The notes: generated by a model from the letters alone, not told the origin. A DNA stretch of 63,846 nt, filler included, from Collodictyon triciliatum (GCA_043381765.1; 30 parts of 30 records of this genome joined end to end with filler, not necessarily neighbours in it); one strand, 5' to 3'; shown: positions 12,894-24,995, counted from the whole stretch's first letter. Program-made: numbers and translations.

Positions 12894-14939
12894 GCTGTTT
12901 CATCAGCTGCTGCTTCGTTGCCTGCTGTCTCGTTGAGTGCTGCTTCATTAGCTGCTGCTTCATTGGCTGCTGCTTCGATGACTGTTGTCTCGTTGACTGC
13001 TGTCTCATTACCTGTTGTTTCGTTGACTGCTGCTTCGTTGACTGCTGCTTCATTGGCTGCTGCTTCATTGGCTGCTGTCTCGTTGACTGTTGTCTCGTTG
13101 ACTGTTGTCTCATCGGCTGTTGTTTCGTTGGCCATTGTTTCATCAGCTGCTGCTTCATCGCCTGCTGCTTCATAGGCTGTTGTCTCGTTGACTGTTGTCT
13201 CATCGGCTGTTGTTTCGTTGGCCATTGTTTCATCAGCTGCTGCTTCATCGCCTGCTGCTTCATGGGCTGTTGTTTCGTTGACTGTTGTCTCATCGGCTGT
13301 TGCTTCATCAGCTGTTGCTTCATCGGCTGCTGTTTCATCGGCTGCTGTCTCGTTGCCTGCTGTTTCATTGATGGCTGTTTCATTGACTGTTGTCTCGTTG
13401 CCTGCTGTCTCGTTGCCTGCTGTCTCGTTGCCTGCTGTCTCATTACCTGTTGTTTCGTTGACTGTTGTCTCATCGGCTGCTGCTTCATCGACTATTGCTT
13501 CATTGACGGCTGCTTCATTGGCTGTTACTTCATCGGCTGCTGTTTCATCGGCTGCTGTTTCATTGACGGTTGCTTCGTTGGTTGCTGTCTCGTTGCCTGC
13601 TGTCTCGTTGCCTGCTGTCTCGTTGGCTGCTGCTTCATCGGCTGTTGCTTCATTGACTGTTGTTTCATCAACTGCTGTTTCATCAGCTGCTATCTCGTTG
13701 CCTGCTGCTTCATCGGCTGTTGTTTCATCGGCTGCTGTCTCGTTGCCTGCTGCTTCGTTGCCTGTTGTTTCATCGGCTGCTGTTTCATCGGCTGTTGCTT
13801 CATTGACTGTTGTTTCATCAACTGCTGCTTCATCGACTGTTGTTTCATCGGCTGTTGCTTCATTGACTGTTGTTTCATCAACTGCTGCTTCATCGGCTGT
13901 TGTTTCATCGGCTGCTGTTTCATTGACGGTTGCTTCGTCGACTGCTGTCTCGTTGCCTGCTGCTTCATCGGCTGTTGTTTCATCAGCTGCTGTCTCGTTG
14001 CCTGCTGTCTCGTTGCCTGCTGTCTCGTTGACTGCTGCTTCGTTGCCTGCTGCTTCATCGGCTGTTGTTTCATCGGCTGCTGTCTCGTTGCCTGCTGCTT
14101 CATCGGCTGTTGCTTCATCGGCTGCTGTTTCATCGGCTGTTGCTTCATTGACTGTTGCTTCATTGACTGTTGTTTCATCAACTGCTGCTTCATCGGCTGT
14201 TGTTTCATCGGCTGCTGTCTCGTTGACTGCTGCTTCGTTGCCTGCTGCTTCGTTGCGTGCTGCTTCATTGACTGTTTCTTCATTGACTGTTGTTTCATCA
14301 GCTGCTGTTTCATCGGCTGTTGCTTCATTGACTGTTGTTTCATCAGCTGCTGTCTCGTTGACTGTTGCTTCATCGGCTGTTGTTTCATCAACTGCTGCTT
14401 CATCGGCTGTTGCTTCATCGGCTGTTGTTTCATCAGCTGCTGTCTCGTTGCCTACTGTCTCATTACCTGCTGTTTCATCAGCTGTTGTCTCATTGGCTGC
14501 TGCTTCGTTGCCTGCTGTCTCGTTGACTGCTGCTTCATCGGCTGTTGTTTCATCGGCTGCTGTCTCGTTGACTGCTGCTTCGTTGCCTGTTGCTTCGTTG
14601 CCTGCTGCTTCGTTGCCTGCTGCTTCGTTGCCTGCTGCTTCGTTGCCTGCTGCTTCGTTGCCTGCTGCTTCATTGACTGTTGCTTCATTGACTGTTGCTT
14701 CATTGACTGTTGCTTCATTGACTGCTGCTTCATTGACTGCTGCTTCATCGGCTGTTGTCTCATTACCTGTTGTTTCTTTGACTGCTGCTTCATTGACTGT
14801 TGTTTCATCGGCTGTTGTTTCATCGGCTGCTGTCTCGTTGACTGCTGCTTCGTTGCCTGCTGCTTCGTTGCCTGCTGCTTCATCGGCTGTTGTTTCATCG
14901 CCTGCTGTTTCATCGGCTGTTGCTTCATTGACTGTTGTT
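12894..14939 (-). CDS. Pentapeptide-repeat acidic glycoprotein segment, (A/T)(A/T)(A/V/G)(N/D)E, from a 15-bp tandem repeat filling the contig
   Basis: The minus frame reading NETAANEAAADET appears open across the contig. Glu is near-invariant with GAA/GAG synonymous variation. The alternative plus SSAAV frame has TAG at 13173-13175. Confidence 0.6.
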
Positions 14940-15040
14940 NNNNNNNNNNNNNNNNNNNNNNNNNNNNNNNNNNNNNNNNNNNNTTAATTAATTAANNNNN
15001 NNNNNNNNNNNNNNNNNNNNNNNNNNNNNNNNNNNNNNNG

Positions 15041-17085
15041 TCCACGTCTGCTTCTATCACTGTTCCTGGGTCGATATCCGCCTCCTCCTCAAACACTGAA
15101 CTGAATGATGACGTGTCTGGCTCTAGTGCTTCGAGTCGCATGGAGTCAGTTGTGACTGCTCCTCACTCAGAATTACAGGATACTCAATCCATCTCGAATG
15201 TTGCCTCTCTCACTACATCCAGCCCACACTCTGCCTCATTTTCAGTGACCGAATCATCCAGTGAATCGGAGAGCTCATCGCCAACTGCGACATTCTTTCC
15301 ATCAGAATCCGCAACTAGCTCCCTCCTCGACCAAGCCTCGCCCTCGGATGCCCGTCCCTCGAAAGAGGTGACTACAACCGCTAAAAGGTCTCCTGCTTCA
15401 CCTTCTCAGCCTCCTTCGTCATCGAGTGCAGTGCATCCATCGACATCAGAATCTAATTCTAGACTCATGTCTCAAGTTATCACCAACCAGCACACATCCA
15501 GTGGTGGTGTTTCTGTTACAAAACCCAACAGTCCATCTGAAACAAACCTGATTTCACCATCCCCCTTGCATTCTTCGTCGAGATTGACCTCACAATCGCA
15601 TTCTGAATCCATGTCTGAGTCTGCCACTATCTCATCTCAAGCTTCAGACTCTGTAACGCCTCTGGGTGCCACTTATGAGTCTACCTATGTTTCGGTCTCA
15701 GCTGCCACACATATCATCGCATCTACTAGTTCTCACTCAAGAGATGCAACCGTCGCAGCCTCTAGTAGCAAATCAAACTCTTATTCTTACCATTCTGACA
15801 TGCCCTCAGCTTTGCCTTCAGATATACCTACGGATGTGCCCTCAGCTTTGCCATCAAATTTAAATTCTGATCTATCATCTGGTATACCCTCGGATCTGAT
15901 ATCTGATTCTGCCTACTCTACAGCCTCAAAATCAGCGATAACAGCTAATTCAGATTTCAAGTCAACGTATAGTGACACCCGATCGGTGATATCCACTGGA
16001 AACACAGAGACAAAATCTTTTGCTCATCTTACTGAGACGGCTGTGGCATCTGATTCCGTTTCTCCTCTAGACTCCGGTATCTCTCAATCTGCATCCAGCT
16101 CTGAGTCCGAAACCGTAATGAAGCCAACCACTACACTTACACCTCACAATAGCTCAAAAACAAAGGTATCTCACTCGGCTTCAGAGGAAAATCAATATGT
16201 ATCTGCCACTCACATGCAAACCCAAACCCATTTGCGTACGTCTCAAGCTCAGGCTCACACCCAGTCCCAGCCTCAAAATCTTCCTCAGACCCAGACTGGA
16301 GCTGCAAGCCATAGCTCGGCTCATTCCCTTTTGAATCCTACTACCAGTCATTCAGGGTCTGTTTCTATGATTCATTCGCAGTCCTCCTCGAATGATGTGA
16401 ATATGGCCACTGATTCCGTAAGTATGAGTCAAATCCAGTCGTCAGACACTGAACCCCCTTCCTACACTGGAACTACCGGTAACGAGAAGTCAAACTCGAA
16501 GTCCCCTGGTGGAGTGAACTCTGTTTCTGAACCTCCATCACACTCTAAAACCATGTCTCACTCCGAATCCATGTCGGAGTCAAAGTATCAGACTTTGGAT
16601 CGACCGGAAACTGAGCCCAATTCTAATGCTGAAACGCAAACGCAAACTATAGACAGTAATCCTGCATCAAATTCGGCTGGTCGTACTACATCTTCAACTG
16701 TTAAAAATCTCACACCATCTACCTCCTCAACAGGTACAACAGCAAAAATAGCGACCCAGTCTTATATAACTCACCAATTTGATACAGCTACACCAGCCAG
16801 TAATGACTCTAAAACATATTCCTTGGCCCCTTCGGAACTTAATACTTCTAAACAGAATGAGACGAAAACGCAATCTCAAGTGAACAATCAATCACAGAGT
16901 AGCCACCAATCAGACTTTGAATCTCAGTTGCCAACAGGATCGTTGGTCATTGGAGAGTCCCCGTCTATGTCTCGGAGCCTTCCGCTGGACTGCCCTCCCG
17001 GTACGTACCCCAATGAGTGTCGGCAGTGTGGCCCAAAGAAACCTGCAGTTCCCATTGAATTTTCTGTCATCCCCAGTGACGCTGG
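15041..17085 (+). CDS. Ser/Thr-rich mucin-like extracellular protein segment with a Cys-rich module at its end (partial at both ends)
   Basis: Frame open across the whole contig (~680 aa), strongly S/T/P/H biased, ending CPPGTYPNECRQCGPK. Confidence 0.75.
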
Positions 17086-17185
17086 NNNNNNNNNNNNNNN
17101 NNNNNNNNNNNNNNNNNNNNNNNNNNNNNTTAATTAATTAANNNNNNNNNNNNNNNNNNNNNNNNNNNNNNNNNNNNNNNNNNNN

Positions 17186-19195
17186 AACTTCAGCATAAGT
17201 GTGAATAATGACAGCCAGCAATAGGTACGATAAGCAATCTATAAAGAATTAATTTTATGCACGATGTCGCCGATATAAATTCTACATTAACATTCTGTTA
17301 TTTATTTTTCTCTCAATAAACTGTTGAAAAGAAACCAAAAAAAACATTCTGGTATTTATTAAGATGATGCATACATTTTCCAATCATTATTATTGATAAA
17401 AAGTAGAAGAAGGCCCCATAATTTGTTTGGTTCATGACCTCATATGCCATTTCTGTCCATCCAAAGGAAAAAAATATCTGATAATAAGTAAACATATTTT
17501 TACAAAAAAACACGCTGTTATGTACATTTGCACGAATTAAATGAAAACAAATTAAATGAAATAAATCCCATACTTGAAGTACAGAGAGAATGGAATCTGG
17601 GAAATTTGAAAAGCTCAATCTATATGCATCGGTTGTGACTGTAACTGTTTCAAAGTACTGAACTCCGATAAGAGCGAATATGCTCTAATTTATTATGAGA
17701 AATTTAAATCGGACTAGTGTTGAAGTATTAAAATATTGTCAATTAAATTATTGCATAATTAAATTTACCATGAAAAAAATAACTATTAGACCCATGGATA
17801 AAACGCTGAAAAAATTCTTGGCCATGACTTTAGCAACCAAACGGATAAATATGAACCTCCTATTCATGGCGCATCATTTAAAAAATATCACGTGGTTCAA
17901 TTTTTCCATAATAATAATATCAGATAAGTAACTTTTTGTGATATATGAGTAATTAATTTAGAAAATTACGTTGATAGATTCATGGTTCCTATAATTGATA
18001 TTAATCTAAAAACTCTCAATGAAGCCACATTAATTTGTCCATATTTGATAATTTCTACTACGGTCATAGCTGTTATGAAAACATCCATAACGTTTTCCTG
18101 AAGAATTATTTGATAATTAGATGAAAATGAAAAAATTTCTTGTTTCGATTTTTTACACAAATATTACAGCAAATGTAACATTATAATTAATTTTATTACG
18201 TAATTTTTAGAAAACTTGACAGGACCAACAGCAACAAACTTTACAGCAGACATCAGGATGAACAAAAAAGTTGTCACAAATTTCATATAATCTGTTTGTT
18301 GATTTACTTACAATAAAAACTTACGAATGAACCAGTATAAATATATATTGAAAATTTTGAGAGAATTACCAGATAAAGAGCCCATGAAATTTTCGTTTAT
18401 GATTGTTAGAGACAAAACAAAGAGGGTGAAGAGTATTGAAACCCATTCGAATAAAATCCAAAAATGACTCGTAACCATCTGTGAGTACATCAGGTTAAGT
18501 AAATAATTCATTAACATGTTTTCGATCGATTCAAATGATCAATATTCTACATTTAGAGACTCTTAAACCTTAAAAGAGACCATCGACCAGTTTTTCTCCT
18601 TCCAAGGCTTCGGTTGACAGTCCAAGCTACTTTCAGAATTTTGCGAAATTATTGCGTTTTCTTTTTATTATGATATTTAATCCTTTTTATAGCAAACCTG
18701 AATAAGTGTGATAAACACCTCTCATATTCGGCTGTTATGATGGAAATTTTTGAGTATCCAAAAAATTTGGCTTCGATTTTATGCATTAAAATAACGAGAT
18801 GTCATATAATATAAAAATAATTCTTCTTACAAATTTAAAATGAGCTAAATGTTACTTGGTTTCTTTTGCTTTTCATATGAGTGATACATGATAACGAGTA
18901 TGATATTCTGTAAGAAAAATGCTGTTGAAATCAATAGCGTGATAAAAAATGCTGTTGCCACCAGAGGATATCGGTCTGATGTCTAAAGTAACCGATATAT
19001 TTGAAATTATAAGAATTATTTTAGATAATTACAAAAAAATTGGAAGAATAAAAGAAGGCACCTGATACATTATTGTACTCCAGTTGTCCAGAGATGCTAC
19101 GCGAGATATTGTAGCAAAAGTAGACGAAGGAGATTGAAATCCTACAAATCCATAGTTTGGCAACTTATCTGTTTTCATGCATTCATATCCTAGGG
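17186..19195 (-). CDS. Four-domain voltage-gated Ca/Na-type cation channel: domain I pore-S6 and domain II (multi-exon, partial)
   Basis: PNYGFVGF...RVASLDNWSTIMYQ (domain I pore), ASLRVFRLI (S4), SIFALIGVQYF (S5), FSNFPDSILSVLQ/IFFSFGWTEMAYEVM (domain II pore), YFLSIIMIG (S6). Confidence 0.8.
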
Positions 19196-19330
19196 TTGAA
19201 AATTGAAGCAAAAAATGTGCAAATGAATTANNNNNNNNNNNNNNNNNNNNNNNNNNNNNNNNNNNNNNNNNNNNTTAATTAATTAANNNNNNNNNNNNNN
19301 NNNNNNNNNNNNNNNNNNNNNNNNNNNNNN

Positions 19331-19605
19331 ATAACATAACATAACATAACATAACATAACATAACATAACATAACATAACATAACATAACATAACATAAC
19401 ATAACATAACATAACATAACATAACATAACATAACATAACATAACATAACAAAACATAACAAAACATAACAAAACATAACAAAACATAACAAAACATAAC
19501 AAAACATAACAAAACATAACAAAACATAACATAACATAACAAAACAAAACAAAACAAAACAAAACAAAACAAAACAAAACAAAACAAAACAAAACAAAAC
19601 AAAAA
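19331..19605. repeat. (ATAAC)n grading into (AAAAC)n compound microsatellite
   Basis: Directly visible. Confidence 0.95.
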
Positions 19606-19616
19606 CATATGTCGAA

Positions 19617-21185
19617 CCTTAGTCTGATAGCCTCGTATCAATGGGAGTCTGTTTTGGGGGCTGTTGACTAAAATACGAGGAGATAGATGAGAAGAAGTTG
19701 ACGATGATGCTGTCACAAACGATTTTTTCCCTGTAAGCTCTGTCCTGTCATCATCATCCTAAAAATAATAAACGAAAAGACAAGAAAAGTCAGATATAAT
19801 TAGCCTAAAAATTATAATCAGAAAACATTCGTCATATAGCCAACAACAAAAACGAATCAATTCCATTGTCGATTTCTTTCTTGATAAAGGAAAAGAAAAG
19901 ATAAGTAATTACATAATATTCATCACTGTCAGGTTCTGAGTCACTGGTGTCTGTCTCACTATTGTCTGAACCAGAGAATGACACGTGGGTATTGGCATCA
20001 TAATACCCTTCTGTTCCAGTATCTGTTGCAGTCGATAGAGACCTGAAAGTGGGATGATAACAATTAAAGTTACATAAAAAAATATTGCAGTATTATTCTT
20101 TTATGGCTATTTACAGAGATGCTTGCTTGTGGGTGTATTTCTGATGGGTTCAGGGTAGAACTCATAGACTAATCATACCTTATGCGTCGTACTTCGGCAT
20201 TAGATGTACTCTCCCTACTTTTACTACGATAACTCTCAGGGTTTGATATCTGTTTGTTTAAATAGTGTTTGAGATATTCTAAAGAGGCCTTTAAATACAC
20301 ACAATCCTGTAATATGATTTATGACAAAATATGTTTAAAATAACTTTTTTCAATGAATAAAATACACAAGAACGATAGAGAATATGAACTATTACCAAAC
20401 TTGAATCAACCAGCTGTCCATGATTCGATGGAGGCAGTTCAGCATTCAATCCACGGACAATAAGGTCTTCCATTTCAATTATCTGATTCATCGCAGCTGA
20501 TAATCCCTGTGTGTTGATATGAGCTTTACGTTAAAATGCCTATAGTATTGTTATTTTGCTTGTAATTTTTTAGGATGTAGTGAGACAGTTCATTTCGAAA
20601 AGGGGACCGCATACGGATAATAAGCTTTGACCATAGCGGTGTACTTCTGCTCCATCTCTGACAACATCATAAGCTAGTGTCTCCTCGATTCCATCCGAAC
20701 TTTTCTTTTTCTTCTTTTCTTTTTCCTTCTTATCTATATGGAGTTGGTTTTTTTTATAATTAGTGTAATTAATTAAGAAAACAATTTTTCTTTATGCATA
20801 TTGAAAATGATGGAATAAGTATTCATATTTGATGCATTTATCCCATCGAAATGATTAACACCTCCTGATGTAAGTGGGGAATCCAGGCGATTGGCCAGAA
20901 CTTGCAAGGAATCCTGATACAAAGTTGGAATTCACGACATATAAAAATGATTTTTATTCTAATAAATTGAAAGATTTATTTCACCTATATATTGACCTCA
21001 CATTATTTTGAACGATCATAGTAATGGTTGCAAACCTGAAGTTTCTTTTCGAGTAAGATACATTGGTCGAGCTGATGTTGAATATTGAGGAATCGTACAG
21101 CATCCGGTACCTCGCTATCCATTGGATTTGACAGGGGAATATTCGACGACATGTGTGGTTCTAGAAAAGCACTATACGTATCTCT
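19617..21185 (-). CDS. Multi-exon protein fragment of unknown function
   Basis: Several GT-AG bounded open segments (e.g. RDTYSAFLEPHM...LLEKKLQ; MNQIIEMEDLIVRGLNAELP; acidic Ser-rich exons). No family recognised. Confidence 0.4.
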
Positions 21186-21336
21186 GCGATAATAGAAGAG
21201 AGAGAGAAAAAAAAAAGGCGTATACATGTAAATTATAAGGATAGATAGACTGGAAATAAATGAAGATTTTATAAACCTGAACACAACCACAACCACAATC
21301 ATAACAATAGAAATAGTAATATTGGCAAGGGCGATG

Positions 21337-21368
<32 letters not shown>

Positions 21369-21475
21369 GGGGGGGNNNNNNNNNNNNNNNNNNNNNNNNN
21401 NNNNNNNNNNNNNNNNNNNTTAATTAATTAANNNNNNNNNNNNNNNNNNNNNNNNNNNNNNNNNNNNNNNNNNNN

Positions 21476-21572
21476 TTGTTTGTTTGTTTGTTTGTTTGTT
21501 TGTTTGTTTGTTTGTTTGTTTGTTTGTTTGTTTGTTTGTTTGTTTGTTTGTTTGTTTGTTTGTTTGTTTGTT
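21476..21572. repeat. (TTTG)n microsatellite
   Basis: Directly visible. Confidence 0.95.
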
Positions 21573-21648
21573 CGAGGTTAAGCGAAGATGACAAGTTTTA
21601 TCCAATCCAAGTCTAATGTGCCTCTCGAGCCGCCTCATTCTAAAGCAT

Positions 21649-21933
21649 GAAAAAAAAAAAAAAAAACAAACACGCGAGCGATGGGAAAGAGCAATTCTGA
21701 GAAGGGCGAGACCGCCAACCAGGATATCAGCGTCATAGCCCTGCCCCATGGAGCGCCTACTGACTAAACGCGAACGAGGAGGCCGACGAAGCCAACCCAG
21801 AGAGGGAATAGGTCACTTTACCACATCTCTTGCAACACAGATTATGCACCGAGGCACACCGACGAACAAGACGGCAGCTGCCATTAACCCGTGATTACGA
21901 CAACCTACTTATAAGACGGAGCAAGCTCTTTGA
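21649..21933 (-). repeat. Dispersed ~262-bp GC-rich element, copy B (candidate Pol III ncRNA or SINE)
   Basis: Collinear with 24725-24995, roughly 75-80% identical by eye, with both ends shared and an oligo-T at the minus-strand 3' end. Confidence 0.8.
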
Positions 21934-22981
21934 TGGAGCGAGGCAGAAGCGAAGTGATAGTCTTTTGCACACAGAGCATGAGCATGCAACGCGCAATGAG
22001 CACACCTCTGTGGCATGGACGACTGCAACGCTCCTAGCCTGCTGTCACAGGGAGATCTCAAAACATACAATATAGCAACCCATAGGACAATAAAACAAAT
22101 ATCATCTATTCTTTTGTAAAGATTATGCGTAAAATGAAGAATCAAGTAAAGTTAAACATCCCCCACAATGAAGTGGGTCAAAACAATTACGTAAAAAACA
22201 GTGAATTTTTTGTGTCATTTGAAAGGATTGAGGTAATTTATTGGCGGCTTTTTACGATAATAAATGATGTTTTAAGAAGTTTGAATATTGAATGGTATAT
22301 GTTGGTATAAAAACTATATAGTTCGATTTGACGGAGCAAGAAGATAAGCAAAAGGTCATTTTATCGCGCCCAATCGGCATGAGCGACGTTCAGGTTTCCA
22401 AATACTTGGGTAAAAAATAATATAAGAAAAGCGGCTGCAAGATGAAGCAAAAAATAAAATAAAAATAAAGCGAGAGAAAATGTGGTCTTGCAAAAGTCCA
22501 GAGGCAAAATGAGACGCCCGAAGAAATGGAGGATGACTAGCAAAGATGTGGGTTTACGATAGACAAAGATGACAAAGGGAGATACTCCAGCAAAGAGATG
22601 GAAGCCTCCATTACCAAGGGATCCGCGCAAGTAATCGAAGAGAACAAGAGACTCTGGAGGAAGGGTTAGTAGGATTCAAACTCAAGCTATCGACTCATGA
22701 TCAGCAAGATAAATATGAATATAATGCTCAGTATTGGTTGCTCTGATTCATACAACCGTTTCTTTTTTTCTTTTTCGTTTACATTCCCGTTGCGAAGCAC
22801 GTGTACTATTACAAATCACTCGTAAAAAAACTTTGTGTCTTTTTTTCACAATGCCCACATTTTGAGGGTCTCGGTAGATGCTTAATTTTACATAAATTGA
22901 TTTTATGCAGATATATTGATTAATTGACTAGTAGAGTAAAATTTTTATTAAAATTGAAAACTCTGTAGTTTTCTAAAGGAA

Positions 22982-23520
22982 ATAGTAAAACAAAGACTAT
23001 CAGATACAGAAAAGAAAACGTCTTGAGTCTGAGAATATAAAGTCTGTAAAACCGGACTATCAAAATGTGAAAACATCTCTAAAGTCGATTGTAAAGAATG
23101 CGGATGACTATGACAAAATCAACGATACAGGTTAGTGTCATAATTTGGTTACCGACACTTATCTGTTTGCAGCATGTTACATATTGAAATCACAACAACT
23201 CCCAAGAATCGAGAAATGTTTTTTTCGTACGCTTTAAAGACAGTCGGAATAGTTTCATAAGATAGACCAGCAATTTTTTTTTTTAAAAAAACTATAAATG
23301 AGAAATGACATGATAACATTTTATCTCAATGATTTTCGATTCCTCTTGTCCCGAGAAGAACGCTTTCCGTTGGTTGGACTGTCTCATGTATTACCGTACT
23401 TGGCGAAGCAAATGCTAACATCTTATCATAATAACATTAAGGAGCATTGGTAAAGAGGTTACTGCGCTTTACATATCAAACAGTTCCTAAAGATGAGAAT
23501 ATCACGGAAGCTATTAAAAG
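22982..23520 (+). pseudogene. Fanzor1 (eukaryotic TnpB-like) pseudogene, N-terminal region, cut by the contig end
   Basis: Frameshift-corrected translation KPDYQNVKTSLKSIVKNADDYDKINDT/CHNLVTDTYLFAACYILKSQQLPRIEKCFF/SYALKTVG...LSHVLPYLAKQMLTSYHNNIKEH/VKRLLRFTY follows the Fanzor1 N-terminal motif order. Several frameshifts and a stop at 23258-23260. Confidence 0.7.
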
Positions 23521-24724
23521 NNNNNNNNNNNNNNNNNNNNNNNNNNNNNNNNNNNNNNNNNNNNTTAATTAATTAANNNNNNNNNNNNNNNNNNNNNNNN
23601 NNNNNNNNNNNNNNNNNNNNAAATAGTTGGTGAAATAAAAGAAAAATGTAAAAAAAAAAAACTAGGGGGGTTGGCTTCGTTGGGGAGGTGATGGCGCCAG
23701 GTGTATTTGCAGGCTCCTTTGGGGCCCGGCCATTAGGATATCCGATGAGAGACATTCTAATGGAAAGTCTGTGCAGGACAATGTCGCAGAGAAGGATTCA
23801 CCAGAGCTAAGACGATTAGCATGCAACCAATCCCAGTTGGAGACACGCATTATGAGGATTTTCTTGGCAAACAAGCGAATGTAGGAACCGTCAATTTGAC
23901 AAGTACCGTACATCGCCCTCTGCGACGCCCACACAGACGAAGAGTGGGATTGCTCCCAGCTAAGTATCCTAACGGACCGACACGTTGGCGGACGTGTTAA
24001 CATAGCATTGAACTTGTAAATCGAGTGTTGAATGAAGTAACACATCAGCATAGCACCTTTGTCCCAAGAACTTAAGACCCCCTCCTCTGTCAACGTGTCT
24101 TTACGTTTATAAACTTTTCCTAGTGTACGTAAAATGATATTGTGGGTTATGTTGACATATTTTATCCTTTTCTGTTTTTAAAGCCCTCAGAGGCAAATTC
24201 CCTGCGCACAATTGTGATAGCTTGTTCATCATTTTTTTTAAATTAAAATGGAGGCGGCGATCGCAGGATGATGAAATGAAGTTGCTTAGGCTGTAATTTT
24301 ATTTCTATTCTTTTTATTCTTTCGTTTTCTATTCTCCTCGTGACTAAAACCCAATAGACGACGGTGATGATGATGATGATGATGATGATGATTATCTAGT
24401 CTAGTGTATACTATATGGACAGTTTGTGGGTTTGTTTGTAAGGTGCGCCGATGGACAAATTCCCAAAGATCGATATATTATATACCTCACAACGCGAATA
24501 AATGTGATGATCACACCAAGAGAGATAGACTTCAGGAGAACAATAAAAAAAACCATAACTAATAGGAAAAGTCTGTTTTGCTGAGAAACAAGTACACTGG
24601 GAGGGAAAAAAAAACACTCTGAAAAATAATACTATTACACTGGCGTTACTTTGAATCGAATAAAGGAAAAAACTATTACACTGGCGTTCTTTCTTTCTCC
24701 CAACCCGCTGCGTTCTGTAGCCGG

Positions 24725-24995
24725 AAAAAAAAACACGCAAGCGATCGAAAGAACGATCCCGAGAAGGACGAGACCGCCCTCTAGGAGACTGGCGCCACAG
24801 CCCTGCCCCATGGAACGCCTACTGACCGTACGCAAACCGAGAAGGCCGACGCAGCCAACCCAGAGAGCGAAAAGGTCGCTTGACCACTTCCCTCGCAGCG
24901 CAGGTTATGCATCGAGACACACCGACGATCAAGACACCAGCTGCACCGACCCGTGAGTACAACAACCTACGAATAAGACGGAGCGAGCTCTTTGA
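24725..24995 (-). repeat. Dispersed ~262-bp GC-rich element, copy A (candidate Pol III ncRNA or SINE)
   Basis: Homologous to 21649-21933. The minus strand can form an 11-bp stem (cgctctctggg/cctagagggcg) and ends in a T-run. Confidence 0.8.

Noticed and set aside
13262-14995. 577-aa extremely Cys-rich ORF (CCFIG repeats)
   Set aside because: Antisense shadow of the 15-bp repeat; the variable positions are non-synonymous in this frame
19275-19716. ORFs made of simple repeats (also poly-RL/ET at 27855-28155, poly-V at 46939, FSLVFSC at 47134)
   Set aside because: Microsatellite translations running into N spacers
24631-24690. 17-bp direct repeat ACTATTACACTGGCGTT near element copy A as a target-site duplication
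   Set aside because: Both copies lie on the same side of the element, so they do not flank it
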